64,000 bases of DNA from Octopus sinensis. Lineage: Eukaryota. The stretch is taken from contig NC_042999.1 of NCBI RefSeq assembly GCF_006345805.1, forward strand, positions 65,534,001 through 65,598,000, given 5' to 3'. Shown one piece after another: positions 1 to 14,640 of the stretch (position 1 is the first letter of the stretch; every line of letters starts with the position of its first letter). Below the pieces are notes generated by a model. The model worked only from the letters and a program-made list of their open reading frames with translations, was not told where the DNA came from and did not search any database. Position numbers and translations under genes: made by a program.

Positions 1-624
1 CGCCAGTCTATCGTGTGTGGTGGGTGGATCTTCAAGTTGCCACACGCATCCTAAGTGGCTTAGAGTAAGCTCGAATTAGAGATTATTCTTTGTGGCTAAT
101 GGCGTGAATCCTGATTAGAAGAAGTAGAAATAAGGCCAGATTATTTGAGGGAAGAAGTTAAATCATAAACTCCAGTATTTGGCCGGTACTTACTGTCTCC
201 GAAGGAATGAAATGTAAAGATGGCGACGGCGAGATTTTCAAATCGGAAATTAAATAGACGGTGGAAACATTGCAAAGAATTTCTATTTTAGCTAAACTTC
301 TCTAATTTTTCTTTTATATTCAACCAAACCGCTATTAACTACACCGGTAAACGGTTATTCCCTATCTTTGTATATCTCACTACCGGCAAGTCTCAGGTCT
401 CTGGCTGTGAATACACGCTTTTTATAACGCCCAGGGAATACCGCAGAAAATTTACAATTTTTTGCCTTTCAACGATACGTTTACATTATGTAGATTTGCA
501 CACACACACATCACACCACACCACACAAACACACACATGTGTGTGTGTGTATTTATATACATGTATGTATATACGTGTGTATATATGTGTATATTTATAA
601 AATCTGAAAACGACTAAAATTCGA

Positions 625-800
625 TTATAATCTTTTCTGCGCTGGGCACAAGGCCTGAAGTTTTGGGGGAGGGGGCGGTGGATTAGATGGATCCCAGTAC
701 GCAATGGCACTTCGTTTATCGACGCTGAAAGGATGAAAGGTGCAGTCGACAGCGGCGGAGTTTGAACTCAGAGCGTAAAGACAAACGAAATACTGCTAAA
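625..800 (-). mobile_element. Degenerate Octopus-type tRNA-derived SINE (family A), partial
   Basis: gaaaggatgaaaggtgcagtcgacagcggcggagtttgaactcagagcgtaaagac is the reverse complement of the SINE at 4973-5207 and 63667-63895. Confidence 0.75.
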
Positions 801-1289
801 CTGAAACTCCTTGACTGAGTTTGATATTACAGAACTGCAAGAATTCCCTTAGTTTTCGGAATTTAAAATATGCTGAAAATCTGTTGTTGAGCGTCACTAT
901 CTCTCCAGTGTTCAATAACAAATGCTACAGTTATCTCAATATTATCAAAAATATTGTTTAAGCTAGTATATATGAGTAAATCTACTTTCAGATTTGGTCG
1001 CGCATTATTAATATGTGAATTTAAGTACTATTTTCTTTTAGATAATTCTCCAGACGCAATGTCTAGATATCGGTTAATCTATATATTAAGATGATATGTT
1101 TTTTATTGCTTCTGAAAAATATTTTTTGCTAGATAGTAATTTGTAGCTATTTCATATTAGATGTGTATTTAGAAAAAGTAATTACTGTCTGAAAATGAAA
1201 AGATTCATTTGAACTGCTTCTCCTCAGCTTTCACATATTTCTTTATAGTTTTGTCACAGGAAAAATAATATCTATGACGTTTTACGTAG

Positions 1290-1412
1290 GACCGCCAAGA
1301 ACGGTGGTGGATAAAAAAAAGGGAAGAAATACATGCCAAATTCTATACAGAAGCCAAAAACCTTGTCCGGCTGCTTGTCGCAGAGTGGACTATGTTAAAG
1401 TCATCCAGAATC
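1290..1412 (+). CDS. Candidate internal coding exon of an unidentified host gene (DRQERWWIKKREEIHAKFYTEAKNLVRLLVAEWTMLKSSRI)
   Basis: ttttacgtag|G acceptor and ATC|gtaaag donor; 41 codons open between them, with an in-frame stop right before the acceptor junction and two codons after the donor; protein-like composition. No homology recognised. Confidence 0.5.
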
Positions 1413-2956
1413 GTAAAGTAGTGCTAAACCGAATTTGCGGCTTCCTCTGTCTCCCAAGAATATTTACATTTCATCATATGTACTTTTGTTTAACTTTCAC
1501 TCGCAAGGTTTCTATATAAATATAGCTACATCGCCGAATGTCACATCGTGTTGGATTGAACATGAAATCATATGACAGAAGCGAAGATGCTTTCACATGT
1601 TGCTATATATACACCTATATTTAATACTTCTTGTTTGGAAACAGCCTGTATGTAATGGGAGCAAATTAAAAACGCATAAATGTTGTGAATAATATTTATT
1701 GTATAAATAGGTTTGATGAAGTAATTACCAAAGGTTTCGTTTATAATACATTGATTTTATTCTGTAGTACAACCAAATAATTTAAACATATAATTAAGTA
1801 AATTATTAATTAATTATGTGTATTGCTATACTGCATTCTTAAAGTAGAAAATATTTTTTACTCAGTACAATACAGGAAGATACTAACAGAGTGTTTTTAG
1901 GCTCTTCATAATTTTATTTGTTAGTTAAATTATTTATGTAATAGCTCCGTTAATATTCAGCGTTGGTGTCATTAGCAGATTACTCAGTGATGTGTGGTTT
2001 ATTGAGAGTGTAATGTGAAATATCTAAAGCGAAATATCTTGTATTATTGTAAAACAAATGAAGCGATGCTGACAACATGGCTGTTTCCTATTACTTTAGT
2101 AACAAAGCTGATATTGTACCGGAAATAAATCCAGGAGGATTATTCAGTCACACTTATTTCAGTGTACACATAAAGATCATGTTAACAATATTCACATGTA
2201 ACGGTATATGATAATGCCACACTCACAGACATATCTACATGCAATCATAAACGGATATAAACATACGCACTAACCTATGCAGTCATGACTGTGTGGCTAA
2301 CAATATCATGTCACTTTGCAACTTCGTAGTTTCATGTTCGATCCTGTTGCGCAGCACGTTTAAAATTTATGAGGTTATGTGCTACCATAACTATAGCTCA
2401 AATTCTTTATAATAGAAAGGAATGATGCTGTTGTTGTTGTTTTTTTGTCGTTGTTGTTGTTCTTGTTCTTCTTCATCATCACCGCTGAACACGACAGACG
2501 TATTTCGAAGGCGCGAAGTAAGTTTTGTTTAATAAATTTAGTTTACAATCGTTTCTTGAAGATTTTTTTTCTATTTAAACATTATTCCAGTCTGTTAATA
2601 GAAACACTAGGGAACTAGCATTGGGTGCCTGTGTTTGTTTACTCCCTGGCGGGGCTATATTCGGCCCGAATATATTCGGTGGGCATCTTTATACAAAATA
2701 AATAAACAAGATGGCAGAACACATCTTGGAAGATTGAAGAAAAATAAAAACTGCACCTCCTTAAAAAATGTTTTGAATGGGGCAAGATTTCCCTCCTCTT
2801 CCCTCAGCTACTGATAACATTATTGGAGAAGGGGAAGGAGAAAAAGAAGGGTACCAAAATTCAAAGTCCACCTCATAGTAGCAACGGCAATGATGGCGAC
2901 GGCGTCAGCATTGGCAGTGGCGCTGACTGCAGCGGTGGCAGTGACAGCAGCAGCAA

Positions 2957-3109
2957 TGGCCCAGTGGTTAGGGCAGCGGACTCGCGGTTTCGATTCCCAG
3001 ACCAGGCGCTATGTGTGTTTATTGAGCGAAAACACCTAAATCTCCACGACCCTCCGGCAGGTGGGGTGGCGACCCCTGTAGTACTCTTTCTCTCTTTCTT
3101 CCTGTTTCT
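2957..3109 (+). mobile_element. 5' half of a tRNA-derived SINE (family C)
   Basis: Pol III A-box-like tggcccagtggttagg and B-box-like ggtttcgattccc, followed by a body I recognise from cephalopod SINEs; truncated at about 3109. Confidence 0.65.
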
Positions 3110-3790
3110 TATCGCCGACTTCCTACGCAACCGCTGAGCTTGGATGCACATTCATCCATCCGTCGATGCTCTCGGTGCCGGGGGTTGATCTGCTCTCTCT
3201 TCTGCGGGTCTTACAAATAGCAAATGACCATGTTTCGGATTCTCCCACATTGGGACGAAGACCGCTTCGCTCAGCAAACAAACAAACAAACAGCAGCAGC
3301 AGCGGTTTCCCGGAGGAACCAGACGCAGCGCCCGGGTCACCTGGCTGCCAACAACTCCAGGAGGTTAAATAACCCCGTTTTCCCCCCAAAACTTTCGAGC
3401 CGTCGTGTTGATTGTCAGAGTGGGATGCATAAATATTCGCGGCCTGAGGTCACCCTGGAAGCAAGTTCGCCTGACCAATGACCTCATGCTAGGTTTCGAT
3501 GTGATAGTAGCCAGTGAAACCAGGATTTCGGACACGCGATCTTGCACCCATTTCGACGATAATGAGATCTACGTATCTCTTAGTCGGCCCGGAACGGGAG
3601 GCGGGATGGCAGTGCTGTTTAGGAAAGGCCTGCATCTCGAATTGCGGACGAACATCCTCGGCCAGGAAGGTAAGTTGGTAGTCCTGGACGTAAGTGAGAG
3701 TGAAGGCGGTACCGATAGAGTAGTCGCTGTTTATGCCCCCATGCGGGCGGAAAGCCAGATTTCTTCAGATATTTGGAAGATTTGGAGGTT
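3110..3790 (+). mobile_element. Tx1/L1-clade LINE fragment: end of ORF1 plus N-terminal APE endonuclease of ORF2, truncated
   Basis: ORF 3405-3854 has APE motifs VGCINIRGL, ASETR, GGGMAVLFRK, GKLVVLDV, RVVAVYAP, then frameshifts to DFFRYLEDL; the upstream ORF ends at TAA 3370-3372. Confidence 0.8.
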
Positions 3791-3924
3791 TTCCTCCTTC
3801 AGTTCAAGATACTTCCCGATTTTCTTGCAATATTCACATCTGTTGGTATGGTGATGTTAATGAGATGATAGTATTTGTCTTTCTTGTTCAATATGTATAT
3901 GCTAGGTCGGCGAAGCTCAATTAG

Positions 3925-4870
3925 TCCGTCTGTTCAAAATTCATGATCCCAGAATATAATTAATTTCCCATCCTCCTGCAATGCATTACAGGGTAGAGCT
4001 CATGCCAACTTTTCGTGAGTTCCTATTAGTATTTAAGACATAAAAGCCAATGAAGACACGAACAAACATTATTATGGTGGCGCTTGTATTATTTTTGTGC
4101 AAGACTCTCACACCATTTTACTAAATGGGTTTCTTTTTCCACATTCTTTTCACATTCTTTTATGGGTTTCAGAATGTTTGTAAATATTAAACCTCACCAA
4201 ACAGGCTGCAAGAGATTCGGCTCGTGTTGCAATTATAAGTTTTACAGTAGTACACTTAAAATTGTCTTGCTTAAGGTATGTTGCTTTATCTTTGATATCC
4301 TGCGTATTTCTTACAATCTGAATATGCATTCCCAGTTGAAAAAGATCTCGTTTGCTCTTCTCAAAGTTTTGTTAAAATTTTCCTTGCCAAGCATTTCATC
4401 TGTATTTATGCCTGCCTTTTCTGTTTACCAAATATGCTGCAAGCATTTTTCTTTTACTCCTTATACAATAATCCACACCGATGAGATTTCCACCCACATT
4501 CGCTCTCTTTATGTACAATCTATATATAAATATTTGCTTTAAGGTGTAACGCTCCATACATTGCCATTTACTTCCTCGTCTTTCTATCCAATTTTGATAT
4601 TTCTTCTTCACTTCACTTGAGAACGGATGCACTATATCGAACCACTGCAACTACCCAAAAATTCATTGCATTCAGGATGAATTGTAAAATCATTTGTATT
4701 CCTACAAAATGTGTTTCTCTATCATTTCCCTTCAATTCTGGATGCGAAATATCCATTTCTAAAATACCCAGGTATTTGTATCCATTATCATCTGATTGCC
4801 TCATTATTTGTGTTGAACGAAACATGTTTCCCGAGGTAAATTATTCAAACACCCCAAAAATCCATCTCAA
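3925..4870 (-). pseudogene. Degenerate R4/Dong-clade (RLE-type) non-LTR retrotransposon fragment A: RT C-terminus, zinc knuckle, start of the RLE domain
   Basis: Minus-strand translation gives GYKYLGILE, WVVAVVRYSA, YRLYIKRANVGGNLIGVDYCIRS, CESLAQK*YKRHHNNV, IIFWDHEF; many stops and frameshifts. Confidence 0.75.
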
Positions 4871-4972
4871 CACATGACTATGATGCGCTCCTAATACTTC
4901 TGCTCGTGATTAAAGATGCACATATCGTAACCGCCAAGGGGCATTTTCAACTGGTGGTTACTGGTGGCTAAT

Positions 4973-5207
4973 GAAGGCGGTGAGCTGGCAGAGACGTTAG
5001 CATGCCGGGAGAAATGCGTAGCCGTATTTCGTCTGCCGTTACGTTCTGAGTTCAAATTCCACCGAGGTCGACTTTGCCTTTCATCCTTTCGGGGTCGATT
5101 AAATAAGTACCAGTTACGCACTGGGGTCGATATAATCGACTTAATCCGTTTTTCTGTCCCTGTTTGTCCTCTCTGTGTTTAAGCTCCTTGTGGGTAGTAA
5201 AGAAATA
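4973..5207 (+). mobile_element. Full-length tRNA-derived SINE (family A) with 17-bp target-site duplication
   Basis: ggcggtgagctggcagagacgttagc...gttctgagttcaaattcc (B-box-like)...gtagtaaagaaata; flanked by ggttactggtggctaat (4956-4972) and ggttactggtggttaat (5208-5224), one mismatch. Confidence 0.9.
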
Positions 5208-5449
5208 GGTTACTGGTGGTTAATATCGAAGAACTGACGAGCGAATTTGCCGTATTGTGCAGAATGTTTGCTGTAACCTATCTTTTCTACACTCAGACAA
5301 ACCATGTGCATGATAACACTTCCAATCAGTTAAGATCAAAAGCCATGAGAACCAGTGTTTAGATTGGTATCAGAAGTTATTAATATTGAAGTTTTGCATG
5401 CTTAGCGTATTTGTTATCAGCAGTCTACCGTACCATGCTATCTGTTCTT

Positions 5450-7260
5450 TTCAGCTACCTAATACTTTCCTGATTATTCTGGCCGTGACCAGGAGGCCAA
5501 CCTTTTGTACATAAGAAAATTGTGTATATCTATTTTTCGCCTTCCTTTTTGGATGTTCTTGACTCAAAGAGGTACGCAACATCAATTATATTGAACTTTG
5601 TCCACCGCCACTGGTTCTAGCTTCTTATGCTCCAGCACCTGATTTGTTTTTTTTGAATTAGGTAAATTCACAGGATTTTGCAGATCTCCAATTCCGCCAC
5701 TCACTGCGGCTTGTGATCATACCACGTCTTGCCTCTCTCTAGATCCCACTCTTCGCGTAGTTTCCAATGTAGAACTTCATCATTTTGCCACACTCTATGA
5801 TGGTTTGGAGGAAGTCTAGGGTATTCCTTCTAGTTTGGTCTTGTGCTGGCAGTATGGTGCACTCAATCTCTGCTTTCAGTGCTCCTTTCTACAGTCACTT
5901 CCACCTATGTTTTCCAGCAACTACAGTTTTGGCCACAGGGAATTGATTGTGTAGTCCCTTGTTCTGTAGTATTTCTTCATGTGTTTTTGTTTTTTCCCAT
6001 TTTGTTTTGTGCTGTTTTTCTTTCTCCTCTCTCTGCTTTCAATACTCTCTCATGCCTCATTGATTGTAGCAATGTTTCCTATTCCTGCACTTTGATGAAG
6101 TCCTCTATACATAGAGAATTTTCTTCCTAATTCATCTGTATATATATTTCGACCAAACTACAAAGGCTGTGGATTATCTAAGTAGCGATACTGCGCAAGT
6201 ACTTACAGCCGTCATTGAATTCAGACCATTTAGCTTCATTAACACTCTCACCCTTCTCACGTACTCCTTCGGATCTTTTCCTTTTATTTATATATTTCGT
6301 ACTCCATCAAATTCTAACACTTCTAGATACTTTTATCCTTCTATATGTTTCAGTGAACTTAATGTCGGGCCATCTGCTAAATGAATACCTGTAAAAGAGA
6401 AGCTGTATATCCCCTTTTTATGACTAATATTGTGCATTTGTCTATTCTACAATTTACACCTGTATCTTTGCTGCAAAGTCTTACAGTTTGTAGAAAAAAT
6501 TGTATTACCGAATCTTCTTAAAAAGCTTCAGATCATCCATATAGAGCAAATGGTTAATTTTTCCATTATTACCTTTAAACTGCTATGCTGCCTCTACCTT
6601 TCTTACTACTAAACTAAGGATAAATATACATAAGGTAAATATAAAAGAGGTTAACGAGCGTCCCTCGAAAATTCCTATTTTTACATTAACGTTCCCTAAG
6701 GTTGTATTACCTGAGTAAAAGTGTACTTTCAATTTTTTCAAGCTATTACTAATTAAATCAACCGTATTCTCTATAATACTGAAGATGCTCAATTTTTCAC
6801 TTATCCATGAGTGTGCAATCATGCTAGAGGTCTTTTTATTATCTGCCCATTGTTCAAGTTTTCTTTCTCGATATCACTTCCTTTAAAACTGCTTTGCCCA
6901 TGTATTATAGATCATGCATTCCTCTAGTTTTATTCATGCAAACTTCCCGCTCTTCAGGAAGTACATTCGGCTGTCAAGATGCTTATAAATGCTTTCTGAG
7001 AGCATTCCTGTTCACAGCTTCCACACTAATGGTAAGTGAGTGGTTTATAATTACAGGCATTATTGCTGCTATTTTTGTCTTTCATAAGGAGTACTGTTCT
7101 CCCTCCAATCATCCGATCTGAGATCAGTTCTCCGTTCTGGCAATTGTGAAGGTGTTATCTCAGTTTCCCAACCAATAACCTAAGTCTGGTCTCTTCCAGT
7201 TCGGTATTCTTCGAAACAATTTATTCATTTATTTACCCCTTAGATTTAGATCTTGTGCTT
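5450..7260 (-). pseudogene. Degenerate R4/Dong-clade non-LTR retrotransposon fragment B (RT through RLE C-terminus)
   Basis: Minus strand: RIPNWKRPD, NYKPLT, HSWISEKL..KIGIFEGRSL (GIFQGDSL-like), intact INHLLYMDDLKLF (YMDD at 6543-6532), KYLEVLE, LPAQDQ, WYDHK, terminal LLVTARIIRKVL. Confidence 0.85.
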
Positions 7261-7304
7261 TTCACTAACTACTTCTTCCTTCTCTTGGTTTTCAATTTAA
7301 CGAC

Positions 7305-7415
7305 ACAGAAAGGGTGACAGATAAAGTCGACTGTGGAGGAATTTGATCTTGGAGCGTAAAGAGGACAGAATACCGTTAAATGGCGCGCTGACAATACTGT
7401 CAGCTCCCCACCGTT
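7305..7415 (-). mobile_element. Highly degenerate SINE family A fragment
   Basis: aaagtcgactgtggaggaatttgatcttggagcgtaaagaggacagaataccg...tgtcagctccccaccg aligns to the reverse complement of the SINE head. Confidence 0.55.
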
Positions 7416-7495
7416 GTGCGTGTATGAAATAATATATACGCACAACGTAACAATATGTAAAAATATGACGGCAGCAAGTATATTTGTACTTTTAG

Positions 7496-7559
7496 TTACC
7501 GACATCGTATAAAAGAATGCGTCAATGCTGGCTGTCTTGAATTGAACGCTGAAGGGCAT
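7496..7559 (+). CDS. Candidate coding exon (x-YRHRIKECVNAGCLELNAEGH)
   Basis: tttgtacttttag| acceptor, CAT|gtatgt donor, 64 nt open in one frame (phase 2 to 0). Confidence 0.35.
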
Positions 7560-7852
7560 GTATGTAAATACGGCAAGGAATTTTGTCTGGAGTTCGATTG
7601 ATGCTATATTTGTAAGAAATTTGTATAGATTTTTCTATTATTGCTGTTATTTTTGTCAATATATGAAAAATAGGTGAATAAATGTAAATAAATTCGCTTT
7701 CCATTTACGTTTTGTGTTGTCAAGAGACAGCAATGGAAGATTTCCCTAGGTTCCTATATCTCAAACGTTACCATAGTCATGTGCAGTGTATCCGGGAAAA
7801 GCATTGTATATTGTGTATTTATTTTCAATATACATGAAGAAGTGTGTGTGTA

Positions 7853-7907
<55 letters not shown>

Positions 7908-8289
7908 ACACACACGCTCACACATTCAATATTTGTTAAATCTTGTTCATACAACATCGGAATATCAAAGCTTATTATGAAAAGTTTTATAACCTTTCGG
8001 AATTACAATTTACACAACTTCTAAATTGCCGTTGAAATGCTCTTTCAGTAAACGATTGTCTAAAGTGTCAATAGGACTTTCAGTATGTGATTATGGAATA
8101 TATAGAGGACCCAAAAGCGGAAAAGGAAAAGGCGTCATACGCAAACCCTTTTGTGTCGAGTATACTCGTCACATGAAACACATTGCAGTGACTTGTACAC
8201 AATACAATGACAGAAAATATTACATATATAAGGCGACTCGAAACATACATAGAAACATATATATATATTATATATAATATTATATATAT

Positions 8290-9580
8290 ATATTTCATAT
8301 GTATATATATATATATATAGATTTCATATGTATATATATATAATATATTTTCATATGTATATATATATATATATATTTCATATGTATATATATATATATA
8401 TATATTTCATATGTATATATATATATATATATATTTCATATTATATATATATATATATATATTTCATATGTAATATATATATATATATATATATATCATA
8501 TGTATATATATATATATATATATATAATTTCATATGTATATATATATATATATATATATTTTCATATGTATATATATATATATATATATATTCATATGTA
8601 TATAGATATATATATATATATTTCATATGTATATATATATATATATATATAGTTCATATGTATATATATATAATATATATATATAATTTCATATGTATAT
8701 ATATATATATATATATATTTCATATGTAATATATATATATATATATATATTTCATATGTATATATATATATATATATATTTCATATGTATATATATATAT
8801 ATATATATATTTCATATGTATATATATATATATATATATATATTTCATATGTAGATATATATATATATATATATATTTCATATGTATATATATATATATA
8901 TAATATATTTTCATATGTATATATATATATATATATATATATTTCATATGTAATATATATATATATATATATATATTTTCATATTATATATATATATATA
9001 TATATATATTTCATATGTATATATATATATATATATATATTTCATATGTATATATATATATATATATAATATATAGTTCATATGTATATATAATATATAT
9101 ATATTTCATATGTATATATATAGTATATATATATTTCATATGTATATATATATATATATATATATTCATATGTATATATATATATATATATATTTCATAT
9201 GTATATATATATATATATATATATTCATATGTATATATATATATATATATATATATTTCATATGTATATATTATATATATATATATATATTTTCATATGT
9301 ATCTATATATATATATATATATATAGATATTTCATATGTATATATATATATTATATATATATATTAATATATATATATATATAATATATTTTCATATGTA
9401 TATATATTATATATATTTCATATGTATATATAATATATATATATATTTCATATGTATATATATATATATATAATATATATCTATTTCATATGTATATAAT
9501 ATATATATATATATATATTTCATAGTATATATATATATATATATATTTCATATGTATATATATATATATATATATATTTC

Positions 9581-9612
<32 letters not shown>

Positions 9613-9650
9613 TTCATATGTATAATATATATATATATATATTTCATATG

Positions 9651-9683
<33 letters not shown>

Positions 9684-10539
9684 ATATGTATATATATATA
9701 TATATATATATTTCATATGTAATATATATATATATATATATATATTTCATATGTAGATATATATATAGATATATATATATTATTTCATATGTATATATAT
9801 ATATATATATTTCATATGTATATATATATATATATAGATATTTCATATAGTATATATATATATATATATTTCATATGTATATATATATATATATATATTT
9901 CATATGTATATATATATATATATATATATTTCATATGTATATATATATATATATATATTTCATATGTATATATATATATATATATAATTTCATATGTAAT
10001 ATATATATATATATATATTTCATATGTATATATATTATATATATAATTTCATATATGTATATATAGATATATATATATATATTTCATATGTATATATATA
10101 TATATATTTCATATGTATATATATATATATTTCATATGTATATATATATATATTTTCATATGTATATATATATATATATATATATATTTCATATGTATAT
10201 ATATATATATATATATATATTTCATATGTATTATATATATATATATATTTCATATGTATAATATATATATATATATTTCATATGTATATATATATATATA
10301 TATTTCATATGTATATATATATATTTCATATGTATATATATATATATATTTCATATGTATATATATAATATATATATATTCATATGTATATATATATATA
10401 TATATTATATTCATATGTATATATATTATATATATATATTTTCATATGTATATATATATAATATATATTATTTCATATGTATATATCTATATATATAATA
10501 TTCATATGTATATATATATATATATATATATATTTCATA

Positions 10540-10573
<34 letters not shown>

Positions 10574-10618
10574 TTCATATATGTATATATAATATATATA
10601 TATATAGATATATATTTC

Positions 10619-10660
<42 letters not shown>

Positions 10661-10768
10661 CATATGTATATATATAATATATATAGATATATATAATTTC
10701 AATGTATATATATATATATAGATATATTTTCATATGTATATATATATATATAGATATATATATATTTC

Positions 10769-10800
<32 letters not shown>

Positions 10801-11022
10801 TTCATATGTATAGATATATATATATATATATATATATTTCATATGTATATATATATATAATATATATATATATATTTCATATGTATATATAATATATATA
10901 TATAATATATATATTTCATATGTATATATATATATATATATAATATAATATATTCATATGTATATATATATATATATTATATATTTCATATGTATATATA
11001 TATATATACATATATATATTTC

Positions 11023-11104
<82 letters not shown>

Positions 11105-11115
11105 TTCATATGTAT
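8290..11115. repeat. About 2.8-kb compound satellite with unit TTTCATATG(TA)n, roughly 25-30 bp
   Basis: The tttcatatgtatata motif recurs at near-regular spacing through the interval with variable TA length. Confidence 0.97.
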
Positions 11116-11301
11116 ATATATATATATATATAATATATATATACACACACACAAATATATACATATATAAATATAAAATTATATATATATATATGTATGT
11201 ATAACCTAATATATATGCATATATACACACATATGTATAAGTATATATATGTATGTATGTATAACCTAATATATAGCATATATATACACACATATGTATA
11301 A

Positions 11302-11347
<46 letters not shown>

Positions 11348-11965
11348 TATATTGTCATTCGATGTGGCAGAAATAGCAGCTGTATCGTCCTCTAAATTAC
11401 ATTGTACCGTTTGGCAATTCCAGTAGATATTATACAATGTAGATATGCAATGACTGAGAAACGGTGGGAGTCGACACGGTTCTTTCCATTCATTACTGAC
11501 CTGCAGGGTAAACATCAATAACCGTATTTAAAATGAGGTAATAACCACCACATATCTGTGCGCTATTAATTCTCATAACTACTCAGAAGGTAACATTCTA
11601 CATGTAATAACAGAGTATCTTATTTCATTGAATCTCACACTTATAATGGCTCCTATGTAAAATCAATGCAATATGTATTTATCTATTTATTTATTTATTT
11701 CTATAGCAAATCCAAGGTCACACACAAACTTCTAGGTATAGGTAAATATACAGTTATACACACAAATATTTTCCTATAAGTCTTCGCATGTTTATCGACC
11801 AAATTATCATTATTTTGCTTTTTCTTGTCTATCTATCTACACATCCATTTATTTTTTTATTCCCTCACGCTCTCCCTCTCTCACGTTCCTTCACTCTCTC
11901 TAGCTTTCTCTCTGTATCTATCTAATTATCGTCCTCTTTATGTATGTATATATATATGTGTATGT

Positions 11966-12033
<68 letters not shown>

Positions 12034-12138
12034 ATAACATTCTGTAGTTACCTGTCAAATAATATTAACGTGAATAACTGTATACGTATAAATATATATG
12101 TGTATATAAGTATATATCCGTGTGCATGTATATAAAAG

Positions 12139-12176
<38 letters not shown>

Positions 12177-12262
12177 GTGTGTATGTATGTATGTATGTGT
12201 ATAAAGATACATGATACATATACACACATATATATATATGCTTATATATAAATGTGTGTGTG

Positions 12263-12300
<38 letters not shown>

Positions 12301-13135
12301 CATATACACACACACTAATATATATCTGCTTAAAATTGACAAATTATATCAATATATATACGTTTTGGTTAGTGTGAAAAAAAAAAGAAAAAATCGGGAT
12401 GCTTTATAATTCAATGAAATTATTATTGCACTTTGGCTGAGAAGCATGGGACTTTAGAAAGAAAGAGAAAAATCCTTTTATTATCGAACTAAAGAAAGTA
12501 AATTCCATTGCCTGAATACTTTTTCTATCAGATATAATGTCATTTCCTATATCATTCGGTTTACAAAGGTTCAAATGCATAAAGTAATTTGTATTCATAA
12601 TTGCCATTGAAGATTTACAAATTCTCTGCATTCTTCATTATTATTTATAGTGGTTACAAAGGAAAGTATTGGAGATATATTTTAAAGGTGTTATATGGAG
12701 GCGAAGGAACTGCAATTTTCATTGGCGCAAAGATTTTTGCAAAAAAAAAAAATAATAAAATGAGGTGAGGGAGGGTGGAAAATAGAACGATGGAAGACAA
12801 ACAAACGAGGAAAAGAGAAAATAGTGAATAAATTTTCGATAAACACAAATAGAATTGAGATAAATTTAGAAGACACAGAGATGAGAGAGAGCAAGAGAAA
12901 GAGAGAAAGAGAGAGAAAGAGTGAGGTAGGAAGTGAAAAGGGAAGTGAAAGACGGGAAGATACACTGTAGGCAATAGGCATAGACTGTTAGTGAGGGAGA
13001 TATGAAAGCCGACTGACAACGGACAGACAAAGAGTCAGCATATGAGAGAGGAAAGGCATATAAGCAGAGATATTAAGAGACATAGCTTTAGAAATCTCAA
13101 AATATAACGCACATAGGTGTCTATCTATCTGTCTG

Positions 13136-13149
<14 letters not shown>

Positions 13150-13186
<37 letters not shown>

Positions 13187-13296
13187 GTGTATATATGTAT
13201 ACATATATGTATATATATGTATGTATATGTATATGTATATATATATATGTGTGTATATGTATATATATATATATGTATATATGTATATATATATAT

Positions 13297-13331
<35 letters not shown>

Positions 13332-14640
13332 TATATATATATGTATATATAATATATGTATATATATTATGTATATATATATATATGTATATATATATAA
13401 TATGTATATATATATATATGTATATATATTGTATATATATATATATGTATGTATATATATGTATATATGTATATATATTGTATATGTATATATATGTATA
13501 TATGTATTATATGTATATATATTATATATGTATATATTATGTATATATATATTGTATATATATATATGTATGTATATATATATTGTATATATATATATAT
13601 ATTGTATATGTATATATGATATATGTATATATATATATATATAGTATATATGTATATATAATATATGTATATATATATATGTATATATATATATGTATAT
13701 ATTATGTATATATATATGTGTATATATGTATATGTATGTATATATATATGTGTATATATGTATATTATATATATGTATATATGTATATGTATGTATATAT
13801 ATGTATTGTATATATATATATATGTATATATGTATATATATATATATGTGTATATGTATGTATATATGTATACATATATGTATATATATGTATATGTATA
13901 TATATGTATATGTATATATGTATATGTATAATATGTATATGTATATATGTATATATATATATCTATATGTATATATATTATATATATATGTATATATATA
14001 TATGTATATATATATATATGTATAATATATATATATGTAATATATGTATATATGTATATATGTATCTATATATGTATATATGTATATATGTATATATGTA
14101 TGTATATATGTAGATATGTATATATGTATATATATATATATGATATATGTATATATGTATATTATATATGTATATATGTATCTATGTATATATGTATATA
14201 TGTTATATATATATATATATGTGTATATGTATATATATATATATATGATATATATATATGTGTATATATATAGATATGTATATGTATATATGTATGTATA
14301 TATGTGTATATATGTATATATGTATATATATATATGTATGTATGTATATGTATATATGTGTATATGTATGTATATATGTATATATGTGTATATGTATATA
14401 TGTATGTATATGTATATCTATATACACACACACACATATATATATATATGTATATATATATATATGTATATATGTGTATATGTATGTATTTATTTATGTA
14501 TGTATATGTATATCTATATACACACACACACACACATATATATATGCATATATATATATATATAGACATATGTATATAGATACAGAGAAATAGATGTATA
14601 TGTGTATATATATATATTATATGTGTGTGTGTATATATAT
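13150..14640. repeat. About 1.5-kb degenerate (TATATG)n/(TA)n satellite
   Basis: Directly visible; source of the long Y/I/M/C/V pseudo-ORFs. Confidence 0.95.

Noticed and set aside
11423-11510. Possible exon [29 protein letters not shown] with CAGG|gtaaac donor
   Set aside because: Acceptor ambiguous, phase does not fit the neighbouring candidates, and an equally plausible acceptor exists on the minus strand
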